The notes under the pieces: model-generated
The model's input: only the letters and a program-made list of their open reading frames with translations
Databases searched by the model: none
What the model was told of the DNA's origin: nothing
Made by a program: the position numbers and the translations under genes
Origin: an uncultured Planctomycetota bacterium
GTDB lineage: Bacteria; Planctomycetota; Planctomycetia; Isosphaerales; Isosphaeraceae
Direction of reading: 5' to 3'
Assembly (NCBI GenBank): GCA_963845755.1
Contig: CAWJTV010000011.1
Coordinates: 864,001 to 928,000 of the forward strand
DNA length: 64,000 nt
In this document: positions 34,771-46,299 of the stretch, piece after piece
How the letters are laid out: every line of letters starts with the position of its first letter
Position numbering within the stretch: position 1 is the first letter of the stretch

Positions 34771-35037
34771 GCCCTCAGGAACCCTTGATCCGTCGGAACA
34801 CATGGGCCTTCGACCGCTATTGATTCGCCTCGTGACGGTGAAGCGGACGAGCCACCCGCGTCGGCCGATGTGGATCGAAACCCTCCTCCAGGGCCGAGTT
34901 ACATGCAATTCTCGCTCCGACGATCGATAACCGGATGACCGTTACCTTGAGAGGGCTTCCCGCCGCCGGGTACAATAGTGGGCACGGCCTTCGACATTGA
35001 GAACGATCCGACCGGTGGTCTGGTAGGGAGGTGACTC

Positions 35038-35902
35038 TTGAGCCACAGCGATTGGACCGAATCCGACCCGACGCTGAACGCTCATCGCGAGCGGTTGCTG
35101 GAGACCCTGCGCGGTTACGGCCGGGTGGCGGTCGCGTATTCCGGCGGCGTTGACAGCACGGTGGTCGCCCAGGCGGCGTTTGACGCGCTCGGGGACGCCG
35201 CGATCGCCGTCACGGCGGTCTCCGATAGCCTGGCCGCCGGCGAGCTTGAGGAGGCCCAGGCGCTGGCGCGGCGGATCGGCATCCGCCACCGGGTGATCCG
35301 CACCGAGGAATTCGCCGACCCGAATTACCTGCGCAACCAGCCCGACCGCTGCTATTTCTGCAAGAGCGAGCTCTACGGGCGACTCTCGGGCATGCTCGGC
35401 GAACTCGAGGTCGACGCGATTGCCTCGGGGGCCAACATGGATGACCTGGGCGACCATCGCCCGGGGATGCGTGCCGCCTCCGAGCGTGGGGTGCGCCACC
35501 CGCTCCAGGAATGTGGGCTCACCAAGGATCACGTCCGAGCCCTGGCCCGCGCCTGGGACCTGCCCACCTGGGACAAGCCGGCAACGCCGTGTCTCTCCAG
35601 CCGGATCGCCTACGGCGAGGACGTCACCCCCGAACGCGTCCGCATGATCGATCAGGCCGAACAGTGGCTCCGCCGGAAGGGCTTGCGCAGTCCTGCGGGT
35701 CCGCTACCACAAGGGGGACCTGGCCCGCATCGAGGTCCCGCTCGACGACCTGCCGCGACTCGTCGACCTGGACGTTCGCGGGGAGCTGATCGCCGCCTTC
35801 CGCGCCCTGGGCTTCAAGTTCGTCACGCTCGACCTCGAAGGCTTCCGCTCGGGCAGCTTCAATAACGTGATCCCCGTGGATAGTTTGCTCCTCCGCAAGT
35901 AA
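35038..35902 (+). CDS. larE: LarE-family ATP-dependent sulfur transferase (PP-loop; frameshift near 35690)
   Basis: AYSGGVDS, RCYFCK, GANMDDLGDHRPG, WDKPATPCLSSRIAYG; after the shift VRYH...ARIEV...VTLDLEGFRSGS. Confidence 0.88.
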
Positions 35903-35913
35903 CGACGACTCCC

Positions 35914-36501
35914 ATGGCGCAGGTAACCTGCCGTTGCGGTGAAGAGATCGATGTCCAGGCGCGGGGTCCGGATCGGATCGACTGCCCGCGATGTGGTGCG
36001 CGAATTCGCCTGCGCCGGCGGAACGCATCGGCGGGATCGCTGATCGGCGTGAGCGAGACGGAGGATGGGTTCATCCGGTTCCACTGCCCGTGCGGACGGC
36101 GGCTGAAGGTCCTGGCGTCGAGTCGTCCGGAGGCGGGCAAGTGCCCGGATTGCGGGCGAGTGGTCCCGGTGCCGAGCTCGGCCTGGTCGGGCACAGTGTC
36201 GATGGGCCGTCCTCTCGACGATGCGGAGTCGCGGACCGACGAGATGGACGAAGCCGACCTCGACCGGCTGGCGGAATGGGGCGCGCGTCATGGAGGCCGT
36301 CCGGCGTACGATCCCGATGCCACGCCCGCGGCCATACCGGCCGTCACGGGCTTCCCTCCGGGTCAGGGTGGCGACAGCATGTCCCGGCCGTCGAAAGTCA
36401 AGTTCGAGGCCGGCTTGAGGGTCTGTCCCCGCTGCGGCAAGCCCGTCCACCTGAGCGCCACCACCTGCCGCGAATGCGGCTCGCCCGTCCCCCGGCGGTG
36501 A
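35914..36501 (+). CDS. Multi zinc-ribbon protein
   Basis: CxCG...CPRCG twice, plus C-terminal CPRCG...CRECG. Confidence 0.75.
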   Translation: MAQVTCRCGEEIDVQARGPDRIDCPRCGARIRLRRRNASAGSLIGVSETEDGFIRFHCPCGRRLKVLASSRPEAGKCPDCGRVVPVPSSAWSGTVSMGRPLDDAESRTDEMDEADLDRLAEWGARHGGRPAYDPDATPAAIPAVTGFPPGQGGDSMSRPSKVKFEAGLRVCPRCGKPVHLSATTCRECGSPVPRR

Positions 36502-36565
36502 GCGCCGATGGACCGATGGGTGTCGGAGGCGGCCCGATCCGAACCGCTGCCCGGAGGCAACGCCT

Positions 36566-37259
36566 GTGAGCACCGCCGAACGACGACCGCCCACCATCCC
36601 GCTGCTCGCCGATGGCCAGCGGCTCAGCCAGGCCGAGTTCATGCGCCGATACGAACTCACACCGCCCGGCTTCACCGCCGAGCTGATCGGAGGGGTCGTC
36701 CACGTGCCTAGCCCCGTCTCTCGCCGCCCACGGTCAACCCTCGCACGAAGTGAGTTTCTGGCTCGGACATTATGAAGTCCGAACTCCCGGTGTCGAGGGC
36801 CTCGGGGAAACGACCACGCTCATGGACGAATTCGGCGTGCCTCAGCCCGATGCGCAACTGCGCATCTTGCCCGAGTGCGGCGGCCAGACCCGCGATGAGG
36901 GCGAGTACGTCGGCGGCGCGCCCGAGCTGGTCGTCGAGGTCGCCAAATCCAGCCGGAAGATCGACCTCGGCCCCAAGCGGGACGATTACGAACGCGCGGG
37001 CGTCCAGGAATATCTCGTCGTCGCTCGCCATCCCGACGATGTCCACTGGTTCGTCCGCCGGGGCAAGAAGCTGGTGAAGATGCGACGCGATCGCGATGGG
37101 CTCTACCGGTCCAAGATCTTCCCCGGCTTGTGGCTCGACCCGGCAGCGCTCTCGAGACGAGATCTCGCCGGGCTACTCGCGGTGCTCGAGCGTGGCCTGG
37201 CCTCGCCCGAGCACGCCGAGTTCGTCGCCAAGCTGGCCGCCGCGGCGAGAAAGGTGTAA
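36566..37259 (+). CDS. Uma2-family endonuclease-like protein, copy 1 (frameshift near 36730)
   Basis: AELIGGVVHVPSP, PQPDA, GAPELVVEVA, YERAGVQEYLV, SKIFPGLWLD. Confidence 0.88.
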
Positions 37260-37304
37260 GGTGACTGACGGCCAGACGACCCCGTCGAGTCGGAGGCAAC
37301 GCCC

Positions 37305-38017
37305 GTGAGCACCGTCCAACGACGATCGCCCGTACCGCCGGCCATCCCGCCACTCGTGGCCGGCCAGCGGCTCAGCCAGGCCGAGTTCATGCGCCGATAC
37401 GAACTCACACCGCCCGGCTTCACGGCCGAGCTGATCGGAGGGGTCGTCCACGTGCCCAGCCCGCTCAGAATCGAACACGCCGCCTCATCCCCCGACCTCG
37501 TTGCCTGGCTCGTTCATTATCGAGCCCGGACTCCCGGCACCCAGGTCCTCGCGGATGCGACCACGCTGCTGGACGAGATCGGCGTCCCTCAGCCCGACGT
37601 GCAAATGCGCATCCTGCCCGAGCACGGCGGCCAGACTCGGCCTGGGGGGAAGTATATCGGCGGCGCGCCGAGCTGGTCGTCGAGGTCGCCAAGTCCAGCC
37701 GGAAGATCGACCTCGGCAAGAAACGAGATGACTACGAGCGCGCGGGCGTCCGTGAATACATCGTCCTCGCTCGCGTTCCGGATGAGCTCTACTGGTTCAT
37801 CCGCCGGGGCAGGAAGTTCGTGAAGATGCGCCGCGATCGCGATGGGCTCCATCGTTCCAAGGTCTTCCCCGGCCTATGGCTCGATCCCGACGCGCTCCTG
37901 GATGAAGACATCGCCACGGTTTTCGCGACGCTCGAGCGTGGCCTGGCCTCGCCCGAGCACGCCGAGTTCGTCGCCAAGCTGGCCGCCGCGGCGGCACGAG
38001 CCAATCGGAACGAGTGA
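37305..38017 (+). CDS. Uma2-family endonuclease-like protein, copy 2 (frameshift near 37668)
   Basis: Same motifs as copy 1; tandem paralog. Confidence 0.88.
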
Positions 38018-38055
38018 ACCCGCGGATTTGGAACCGCCCACTGCGGAGAAAACCG

Positions 38056-38431
38056 ATGAGCCACGACGTTGCAGAAAAAGTGAACCTCGCGCAGAAGCTC
38101 GCCCAGTTCCACGACTCGTGGAGCCCCAAGATCGTCGGCGAGCTGAACGGCCAGCAGCTCAAACTGGTCAAGTTTCAGGGCGAGTTCGTCTGGCACCATC
38201 ACGATCACGAGGACGAGCTCTTCCTCGTGGTGAAAGGGCGATTCCGGATGGAGTTCCGGGACCGGCAGGTCTGGCTCGAGGAAGGCGAGTTCCTGATTGT
38301 CCCCCGTGGTGTCGAGCATCGGCCCGTCGCCGAGGAGGAGGCCCATGTCCTGCTGTTCGAAACCCGCCTCCACGTTGAACACCGGCAACCTGCGGAACGA
38401 TCGCACCATCAGCCAGCTCGAGCGGCTTTGA
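38056..38431 (+). CDS. Cupin domain protein (frameshift near 38365)
   Basis: WSPKIVGELNG...FVWHHHDHEDELFLV...IVPRGVEHRP. Confidence 0.88.
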
Positions 38432-38454
38432 GCGTCCTCGCGAGACCGAGTGGG

Positions 38455-38988
38455 TCAATCGCCGGTCGCGACGCGCTCGGGCTCGGGGCGGGAACGAATG
38501 TGTTCGCGAGCCGAGGCTGCGGCGGAAGCCGGCGCGTTCCCGACGATGGGTCCGATCCATCGCCGGACGATCGCCGCGAAGTTCAGCGCGGCGATGATGC
38601 CGAACGACACACCCGCCAGCATGTGCCAGGGTTCGTAGTAAGGGGTCCACTGAGGCGGCATCACCATGGAGGCGCGAATCGCCTCCATATACCCGTAATA
38701 GCCGGCCAGGAATGCGGCATCCGGGAGCCCGATGGCCACCACGGCGATGCTCGCGGCCCCCACGAGGATGCGCGCCCGCTGGGCCCGGCTGGTCGTCAAG
38801 CCTTCGGCCGTCCGCCGCGCCATCGCCTCGGCGAACCGCCGTGATGCCAGGAACCAGGTACAGGCCGCGAAGACGCAGAGGCTCACCCCGGGCGCCGCGT
38901 CCACGCGCGTCAGCGCGAAGACCAGGGCGGCCACCCCGATGACGAGCATCAGATGGCCCAGCGTCAGACGCCTCCGGCGCTCTCCCAT
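38455..38988 (-). CDS. Hypothetical membrane protein
   Basis: RLTLGHLMLVI leader and several hydrophobic segments. Confidence 0.65.
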   Translation of the reverse strand: MGERRRRLTLGHLMLVIGVAALVFALTRVDAAPGVSLCVFAACTWFLASRRFAEAMARRTAEGLTTSRAQRARILVGAASIAVVAIGLPDAAFLAGYYGYMEAIRASMVMPPQWTPYYEPWHMLAGVSFGIIAALNFAAIVRRWIGPIVGNAPASAAASAREHIRSRPEPERVATGD

Positions 38989-39470
38989 AGACCCACACGC
39001 CTCGCTTTTGGGATGATCGAACCGCGGTCGGACCTTCCACTCGCCGCGCCCGGCCCGATCATCAGACAATTGTAGCAACAACCGATGTTCTCTGCCAACG
39101 GCAGGATGGACCTGGGAGCGAGCCTGGGGAACGGACGTTCGGAATCCGGGGAATTCGCCGGCGAAGGCGCATGCGTCGAGAGACTCGGACCGAGATCTGG
39201 TATCATCGAGAGGGGGACATCGCCATGAGGTTCCTTCGGCGCGATCGCGATCGTCGGCTATGCGATCGCAATCCCCGGCTCCTTTCGCGATCGGCGTGCT
39301 CGTTCCCTGAGGGGAGATGGGAAGGAATCGGATGGAAGATTCCGGATTCCAGATTCAATAAACATAATATTCTGTGCCGATTGAAATTGTAATATCTTCG
39401 TATTCTGAGTTTGTTATTTTCAATCGATTCATTCGCAGACTCCGACAGGAAACCCGTAACTGAGGATGCC

Positions 39471-40214
39471 ATGTCGAATGATTCCCAGCGTCGTGTTGCG
39501 ATCGTCACGGGTGCGAGCCGGGGGATCGGCGCGGCCATCGCGGTCCGGCTGGCCCGCGACGGGTTGAACATCCTGTTGACCTACCAGAAGTCGCCGGATG
39601 CCGCGCAGGCGGTTCGGGAGCAGGTCCTCGCCCTGGGCGTGGAGGCCCACGCGGAACGGATCGACGCCGCCGATCCCAAGGCGCCGGCCGAGGCCGTGGA
39701 CCGGGCGATCGAGCGGTTCGGCCGGCTGGACGTCCTGGTTAACAACGCCGGGGTCTACGAGACCGCGTCGCTCCTGGAGGCCACCGACGAGGAATTCGAG
39801 CGGGCCTTCGCCGTCAACGTTCGGGGGACGTTCCTGGCGGCGCGCGCCGCGGCGCGAGTGCTCCCTGCCGGCGGGCGGATCATCAACATCGGCAGCATCC
39901 TGGGCGAACGCGTGCCGATGCCGCGGGTTGGCATCTACAGTGCCACCAAGTTCGCCATCAGCGGCTTCACCCGCGCCTGGGCCCGCGACCTCGGGCCCAA
40001 GGGCATCACGGTCAACGCCGTCCAGCCCGGACCGATCGACACCGACATGAACCCGGCCGGCGGTCCGTTCGCCGAGAACCAGCGCGCGATGACCTCGCTC
40101 CGGCGGTTCGGCAAGCCCGAGGAGGTTGCCGAGGCGGTCGCGTTCCTGGCCTCGCCCGCCGCCCAGTACATCACCGGGGCGATCCTGAACGTCGATGGAG
40201 GAACGGTTGCCTGA
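39471..40214 (+). CDS. SDR family oxidoreductase
   Basis: TGASRGIG, NNAG, YSATK, VQPGPIDT. Confidence 0.92.
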   Translation: MSNDSQRRVAIVTGASRGIGAAIAVRLARDGLNILLTYQKSPDAAQAVREQVLALGVEAHAERIDAADPKAPAEAVDRAIERFGRLDVLVNNAGVYETASLLEATDEEFERAFAVNVRGTFLAARAAARVLPAGGRIINIGSILGERVPMPRVGIYSATKFAISGFTRAWARDLGPKGITVNAVQPGPIDTDMNPAGGPFAENQRAMTSLRRFGKPEEVAEAVAFLASPAAQYITGAILNVDGGTVA

Positions 40215-40467
40215 GGCCTCGAGAATCGGGCATGGGAGGCCGGGCGCCGGGGCGGCCGGCGAGGATCGCTGGCGAGCGGACGTCGGAAACTGTGTCACCA
40301 GTGACGACCGTATGCGTATGATGAGCGTGATGGTTCACCGGTTGGGAGGTTCGAAAATCCAGAGTCCTGGCTGTTGGTGAGTCCTCAAACGCGCGCCTGC
40401 CGATTATCATCGACCTGAATACGACGGGTACCTGACACACCGATTATCCGCCAGAAAGGGATTGGCG

Positions 40468-40836
40468 ATGTCCACCACTGCCTTGAATCATCTTCATCTG
40501 CGTCACGTCGATGGCGTCGTGGTCATCGACATCATGAGCAAGGACATTCAAGGCCCGGACCGGGCCAAAGAATTCATCGCCGAGCTGATGAGCGTCGCCG
40601 AAGAGGAAATCGGGAAGCCGATCCTGGTGAACCTGCGCCGGGCGCTCTACTTCAGCAGCATGGGGTTTTCGGGCCTGTTCAAGCTGGTGAAATGCGCCAA
40701 GGAACGGCAACGGCCGGTGAAGTTCTGCAATATGCACCCAGACGTGCGCGTCGGGGCCGACATCGTCGGACTTCCCCACGTCGTCGAGTTCTATGATAGC
40801 GAGGAGGCGGCGCTTCGGGCTTTCGCGACGGCGTGA
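40468..40836 (+). CDS. STAS domain protein (anti-sigma factor antagonist)
   Basis: ILVNLRRALYFSSMGFSGL...YDSEEAAL. Confidence 0.85.
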   Translation: MSTTALNHLHLRHVDGVVVIDIMSKDIQGPDRAKEFIAELMSVAEEEIGKPILVNLRRALYFSSMGFSGLFKLVKCAKERQRPVKFCNMHPDVRVGADIVGLPHVVEFYDSEEAALRAFATA

Positions 40837-40931
40837 ACCGAACCGCGGGTGGGGTTTCACGACCCACGCAGGCGCGGGGGCGTGCCGGCCCTCAAGGCTC
40901 GGCGGCGGCCGGGCCGAGCTGGCCGAATCCG

Positions 40932-42288
40932 CTACTCGACGATCGGCGGCATCTCATCGCCCAGGTCGGCCGGGTCGTTATTGGGCAGGCTCTTGAGATA
41001 GGTCCCGACCAGGGCGTCTTCGGAGGGTGGGAGGGTGCCGTGTTCGCGGCGATAGATCTCCTCGGCAAGCATGACGACGAGATCGTGGTACTCCCTGCGG
41101 TCCCGAAGCCGATCCGGTGACCAAGGCCATTGAATGCTGTTTGCCACGAGGATTCGCAGCTTGATGTCGTTGGAGGCGACCAGCCAGCTTGCGACCTCCG
41201 TCGGGGGAAGCGCGGGCGCCGGCCGGTGCCGAAGGACCGACGGAGTAAAGTGTCACGCTGGTTGTACCCTTGGTCACCGGGTTCGTTGATGTCAGCAGAG
41301 AGAACAAAGCCCGGACGGCCGGTTTCCGTGGCTCATGAGTTTCCACACATGCGAGCCAGTTGGCGTAAAGCAGTTGCAGGACGCGCCGGCTGCGTTCGGG
41401 TTCGCGCAAGAGGAAACGGCTCCCGGCATCGAGATGATCGGTCATATCGGACGACAACTGCATATCACCCAGGTGAAAGTGATATTCCCAACCGACCTCC
41501 TGCTGGACGGAGGTAGGGACCGGCTGCTCCAGCGAGCGCATCATAGCCAGGTATCCCGCTTTCATCGCAAACAGATCCCAGTCGGGCTTCGGCTCGTTCT
41601 TGAGCACTTCGTCCAGGGCACCATGAAGCTGGGGGATTGAGGTCCTCGGATCGACCGCCCAGGTCGCGAGCCGTTGCCGCGACAAACCGTCCCAATAGTA
41701 GTAGAGGTTGACGCGCTGATTCAAGCTCCCCCGCCGCCTGGTGTGGGTTGCCATCCGGAGGATCGCGCGATAGCAGTCCCAGGCGCCCGCCATGTCGCCG
41801 CTCGTTTGTCGCCTGTCAGCCTCCAACAGGACCAACACCGCGATGCGTTGACCATTCACCACGGATTCTCCGTCCGGGTTCGCGGCGTCGGATTGGTCGG
41901 CCCCTTGTTGAAACAGCTCGATCGCCTTGCGATTCGCCCCGACCCACTCCCGCGACATCCGATCCGCCTGGGACCAGGAGCGCGCGAGATTGGGAGGAGA
42001 AGGCGTGAGATTCTCCTCCGCTCGCCGAAGAAATGTGAAGGCATTCTGATCGTCGGGGATGCTGAAGGCGCGGAACGCCGCGACATCGAACGGGTCTCCG
42101 ATGTCCGGGAGCCCGTTCAGGCTCGTCAGCCACCAGATTGCGAGGGCCGAAGCGGCGACTGCAAGGCCGATCGCCAGGACGAGCGAGACGCGCCAGAGTT
42201 GACGGAGTCTCCTGCGGAGCAATTGACGCAGCTTCGGCGACGTACCGCCCACCGCCACAGGTGCGGGGCGCTCGGATTGGGTCAGCAT
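40932..42288 (-). CDS. Hypothetical membrane-anchored protein (frameshifted near 41200-41130)
   Basis: TM segment, LPDIGDPFDV...DQNAF, and C-terminal YRREHGTLPPSEDALVGTYLKSLP (planctomycete family). Confidence 0.65.
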
Positions 42289-42573
42289 GAGAGGGTCGGC
42301 TCCAGGCGAATGAAGATCAGCAGCCTGACTTCCACGCCATCCTATCACAATGTGTCGCCCTTGCAACGACAATTGTCAGAGAATTGGGAAACGGGAACAA
42401 CCGCCATCACCCAGGTGGCTGGGGCCAGCTCTGGCAGCCAGGCTGCGGGAGGCGGATTTTCGCCGGGCCCATCTTGGAGCACGGAAGACCAAAGGCGCAG
42501 GAGGCGCGAAACGGTTTCTGGACAGCGATCACGACAGACCGTTGGTTCTTGTCCGCCTTCGATCGTAGGGCCC

Positions 42574-45129
42574 TCAAGGGCCCTGGTCCGGCGCATCGAT
42601 CGGAATCGGGGGCAGGCCGAGGGCGCGCTCGACCTCCTCGGCGGTCACCGCGAGTCGGCCCAGGGCGCGTTGATAGAGGCCGGAGACTCGAGTGAGCGCC
42701 TCGCCTCCGGCTTCCAGGAGGCCGCTGATATCGTCCTTCTCGGGGAGTAGAGGAGGGAATGCGAACTTGGCCAGGGTGACGTTTTCGTCGGCGTGCTCGA
42801 AGGGATAGTCGATCGCGTCGCCGAGTTTCCATCGCGACTCTTCCAGCCGGTCGCGAAGGCCGGCGGCGGCGCGAAGCACGGCGTTGACCAGGGGCTGGTT
42901 CTTCGGGTCCTTGCCGGCTTGATAGGCTTGCAAGGTGCCGAGGAGGACCGAGCGCGGCGTGGGCCAGCCGGGCGAACTGGGGTGCGACGTTGGCCGCGAG
43001 GTGGGCCGCGCAGTGATAGAGCGGCGCGCGCCTCGTCGCGGCGCGCCGGGCCTTCGGTGACGCGGCCGACGACCGGCTTGGCCTCGAGGAGGCCGAGCAC
43101 CTGGGTGAGCCGGCGAGCGGCGGCCGCGGCGAACGGCTCGCATGCGGCGTTCGACCTGGCGGAGCTCGGCCTCGGCCCGGTCGCGGGCCGATTCGGCCGC
43201 CTGGGTTGTCGCGGCCTTCAGCTCGAAATCGGCCGGCTTCACCGGCACGCCCGTCTTGAGGAAGATCAGCGCGACATCGGCCAGGTAGAGCCGTTTTCGG
43301 ATCGCGTCCGCACGCTCGGCCGCCTCGAGGCAGTCGCCGCGCGCGGCCTGGACCTCATTGCGGGCCTGCACGAGTGCCCGGTTCGCGGCGGTGAGATCGG
43401 CGGGGGCGTGGGGTGCCTCCGCCGGCAAGGGCAGCCGCTGGGCCACGTGCCAGGTGCCCAGGAAGAAGCGGCCGGCCGCCTCGGCCCCCTCCTGCGCGGC
43501 CGTCTGAGTCTCGACCAGCTCCGAGACCTCGTAGAGCTGGTCCTGGGTGATCCCGGGTCCGAGCGACGACTTATACATATCCAGCGAAGATTGTTTCGCC
43601 AGTGCGTCGAAGTTGCGGAACACGTCGGTCGCCGGGCCTTCGACGGGGAAGATCCCCGGCCCGGGCGCCTCGCGGAGTGCGCGGGCGATCCGGTCCTTGT
43701 CGGCGGGGTGGGTGTCGAACAACCCGGTGCGGGTCGTGTCCATCGACTGGCGGAACGCCGCGATGAGCGGCTCGGGGATCTGCGGGATGTTGGCCGTCAC
43801 CAGCTTGGGGAAGTTATCGGGCAGCCGCCGCTGCTGCCAGCTCGACTGGAGGTCGGCGAAGGCCCCGTTCTCGGCCACGGACATCACGCGGAACCGCCAC
43901 ATGGTCTCGGCGAAGACCGCGCCGCCGACCATCCGCGCCTCGTAACGATCGGCGTCGTACTCCATCTGCCGCGAGAGGAAGCCGCTGACCACATGCCCCA
44001 CCTGCATCAAGACCCAGAGGATGCGTCGCGTCAGCCAGACCGCCAGCCGGACGATGGCAACCAGGAGCACGATGAAGCCTTGCCCCTCCGACGACCACGC
44101 GGCGAGGGTCTCGTCCCACTCGTCGCGCTGGTAGACGACCCGGGCGAACCACAGGTTGATCCGCATGATCAGCGCATAGAGCCGCATTCCGGCCCCTTGT
44201 GAGAAGTGGCCGAACTCGTGGGCCAGGACGCCGGCGAACTGCTTGAGGGTCACGCCCGCCGCGAACGGCAAGCCGATGGTGAGCACCAGCTCGCCGCCGA
44301 GGACGCCGAGGAGCCCGCCCTCGCGGTGCGCCGATGCGTTGACCCGGCAGTCCACCGCGATCCGGGCCGGCCGAGGCGCGCCGACCGTGGTGCAGACGCC
44401 ATCGACGAACGCGTAGAGGAGCGGCTCGTCGCCCGGCTCGAGCGTGCGTTGCTTGGGCCCCCGCGCCGGGCGGGCGAACAGCGGCTTGAGCATCAGTGCG
44501 ACGACCACGGCGCCGGCGATCAGCGGCGTGATGTAGATCAGTGCCGCCGCTTTCAGCGCATTGCGCCGGGTTCCCAGGGCCTGGAAGATCGTCACGTGGT
44601 GGATCGCGTGGTACACCAGGCCGGCCACGATCAGGCCGATGATCGCGACATAGGCCAGGGGGAGCAGCACCATCACCCCGGCGACGATCGCGACCCAGAG
44701 CCGGTACAGGATCGTGGGCCGAACCGGCTCGATCTGGCCCTCGAACGCCGCGAGGATCTGCTTGGGGGTCATGGTCCTCCGCGTGGGCGCGGCCGCCTCG
44801 GTCACGCCCTTGGCACTGATCCCCACGCCGGGCAGTGCCTCCGCCCGCACCCGGGCGGCCTTCGCCTTCTTCGCCGACGTCTCCGCCAGCGCGTAGGCGT
44901 CTCCGTCATCCGGGCCCACCGCGTGTTGCCGCGGTTGTGCCGAAGGGACGACGACGTCATCGGCGGCCGGGCCGGCCTCGAAGATCAAGCCGGGTTCGAC
45001 GGGTGCCGTCTCCAGGACCGGTGCGGAGAACACCGCCTTGCAGTGCGGACATCGTCCGCGCCGGCCGGCGTGCACCTCCGGAACCTGAATCGTCGCCCGG
45101 CACGACGGGCATTCCACCTTCATCGGCAT
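42574..45129 (-). CDS. M48-family metallopeptidase with N-terminal zinc finger
   Basis: CPSC...CPHC, TM helices, VNASA, LAHEFGHF (HExxH), SRQMEYDAD, DTHPADKDRI. Confidence 0.88.
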   Translation of the reverse strand: MPMKVECPSCRATIQVPEVHAGRRGRCPHCKAVFSAPVLETAPVEPGLIFEAGPAADDVVVPSAQPRQHAVGPDDGDAYALAETSAKKAKAARVRAEALPGVGISAKGVTEAAAPTRRTMTPKQILAAFEGQIEPVRPTILYRLWVAIVAGVMVLLPLAYVAIIGLIVAGLVYHAIHHVTIFQALGTRRNALKAAALIYITPLIAGAVVVALMLKPLFARPARGPKQRTLEPGDEPLLYAFVDGVCTTVGAPRPARIAVDCRVNASAHREGGLLGVLGGELVLTIGLPFAAGVTLKQFAGVLAHEFGHFSQGAGMRLYALIMRINLWFARVVYQRDEWDETLAAWSSEGQGFIVLLVAIVRLAVWLTRRILWVLMQVGHVVSGFLSRQMEYDADRYEARMVGGAVFAETMWRFRVMSVAENGAFADLQSSWQQRRLPDNFPKLVTANIPQIPEPLIAAFRQSMDTTRTGLFDTHPADKDRIARALREAPGPGIFPVEGPATDVFRNFDALAKQSSLDMYKSSLGPGITQDQLYEVSELVETQTAAQEGAEAAGRFFLGTWHVAQRLPLPAEAPHAPADLTAANRALVQARNEVQAARGDCLEAAERADAIRKRLYLADVALIFLKTGVPVKPADFELKAATTQAAESARDRAEAELRQVERRMRAVRRGRRSPAHPGARPPRGQAGRRPRHRRPGAPRRGARRSITARPTSRPTSHPSSPGWPTPRSVLLGTLQAYQAGKDPKNQPLVNAVLRAAAGLRDRLEESRWKLGDAIDYPFEHADENVTLAKFAFPPLLPEKDDISGLLEAGGEALTRVSGLYQRALGRLAVTAEEVERALGLPPIPIDAPDQGP

Positions 45130-45228
45130 GGGAGAGCCTCGGTCGGAGAGGATCAGGTCGGACCAGCGCGGCGCGGGGCTGCCGCGCCTCGATCTCCTGA
45201 GAATACTCCGACCGAGCGTCGCAATCAA

Positions 45229-46212
45229 TCATTGTTGCGACGACGACTTGATCCGACGTGCGGCCTCCTCGAGGGATTTCCGGAGCTGATCCAACTGGCC
45301 GTCGTCGATGTGACGGCGCTGGCCCTTGACCATCGACAGGAAATGGTCGATCTCCTCGGGCTTCGCCGGATAGCCGATATTGCCGCCGGGCCCGTCGGAG
45401 GTCGCTTGCGACTTGCCCTTGACATCGAGGATCGCGAACCAGGGGATTCCGCCCGAGGCGTCGGAACGGTACCGCGACATCACGTCCTTGCCGCCCGTCA
45501 TGCGGTCGACGTCGACCTGCGCGACGATGAAGTCGCGGTCGAGGATCGCCGCGATCTCGGGCTGAGCCAGCCAATCGTGGAGCTTGTGACACCAGCCGCA
45601 CCAGGGGGCGCCGAAGGTCAGCAGGACGCGCTTGTCGTCGGACGACGCCCGCGACAGGGCCTCCCCGAGGATCAGCTTGGCGTCCTTCGGAGCGATCTTC
45701 CATCGGTCCAGGAACGCCTGGACCCGCTTCGGATCGTGATGGTCGCCCTCCTCGAGCGTGTCGGTCCGCTGCGCCGTGACGACCTTGCCCCGGGCGTCGA
45801 GCACGGCCAGGAACGGATAGCCGACGCCCCTCTCCAGCTCCTCCTTGCTCAGGGCCTCCTTGCACGTCTTGAGCAGATCGGGGGCGTTGGGCGATTCGAG
45901 GTCGATCGTGACGAGGACATATTCATCGCTCAAGGTCTTGCGGATCTCGCGGTTGCTGGCGAAGAGATCGTGCAGCTTGTGGCACCAGCCGCACCAGTCG
46001 CCGCCGAACATGAGCAAGACGCGCTGGTCATCCTTCTTCGCTCGCGCGGTCGCCTTCTCGACCTGGACTTTCGCGTCGGCCGTCTTGTCGTAGATCGACT
46101 CCTTCTTGGCGGCCTTGGCCAGCGGGCTCGCCGGAGTCTGCGCGAACGCGGCTCCCGCGCTCACGACCAGGATGCAGGCCGCTCCCCACCATCTCCGAAG
46201 CTCGTTCTTCAT
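45229..46212 (-). CDS. Exported double-thioredoxin-domain protein
   Basis: Signal peptide; two WCGWC motifs; GYPF / GIPW cis-Pro loops. Confidence 0.88.
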   Translation of the reverse strand: MKNELRRWWGAACILVVSAGAAFAQTPASPLAKAAKKESIYDKTADAKVQVEKATARAKKDDQRVLLMFGGDWCGWCHKLHDLFASNREIRKTLSDEYVLVTIDLESPNAPDLLKTCKEALSKEELERGVGYPFLAVLDARGKVVTAQRTDTLEEGDHHDPKRVQAFLDRWKIAPKDAKLILGEALSRASSDDKRVLLTFGAPWCGWCHKLHDWLAQPEIAAILDRDFIVAQVDVDRMTGGKDVMSRYRSDASGGIPWFAILDVKGKSQATSDGPGGNIGYPAKPEEIDHFLSMVKGQRRHIDDGQLDQLRKSLEEAARRIKSSSQQ

Positions 46213-46299
46213 GTTCGTCTCCTCTTGATTTGTGTCAGCCTTACGGGTTCACATTACTGTGATCGCCCTTCGGGGAGCAAGCATCATCCGATCCGATTC

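Noticed and set aside
39240..39292. Cluster of GCGATCGC-like (HIP1) palindromes
   Set aside because: CGATCG is common throughout this GC-rich window, so it is not distinctive.
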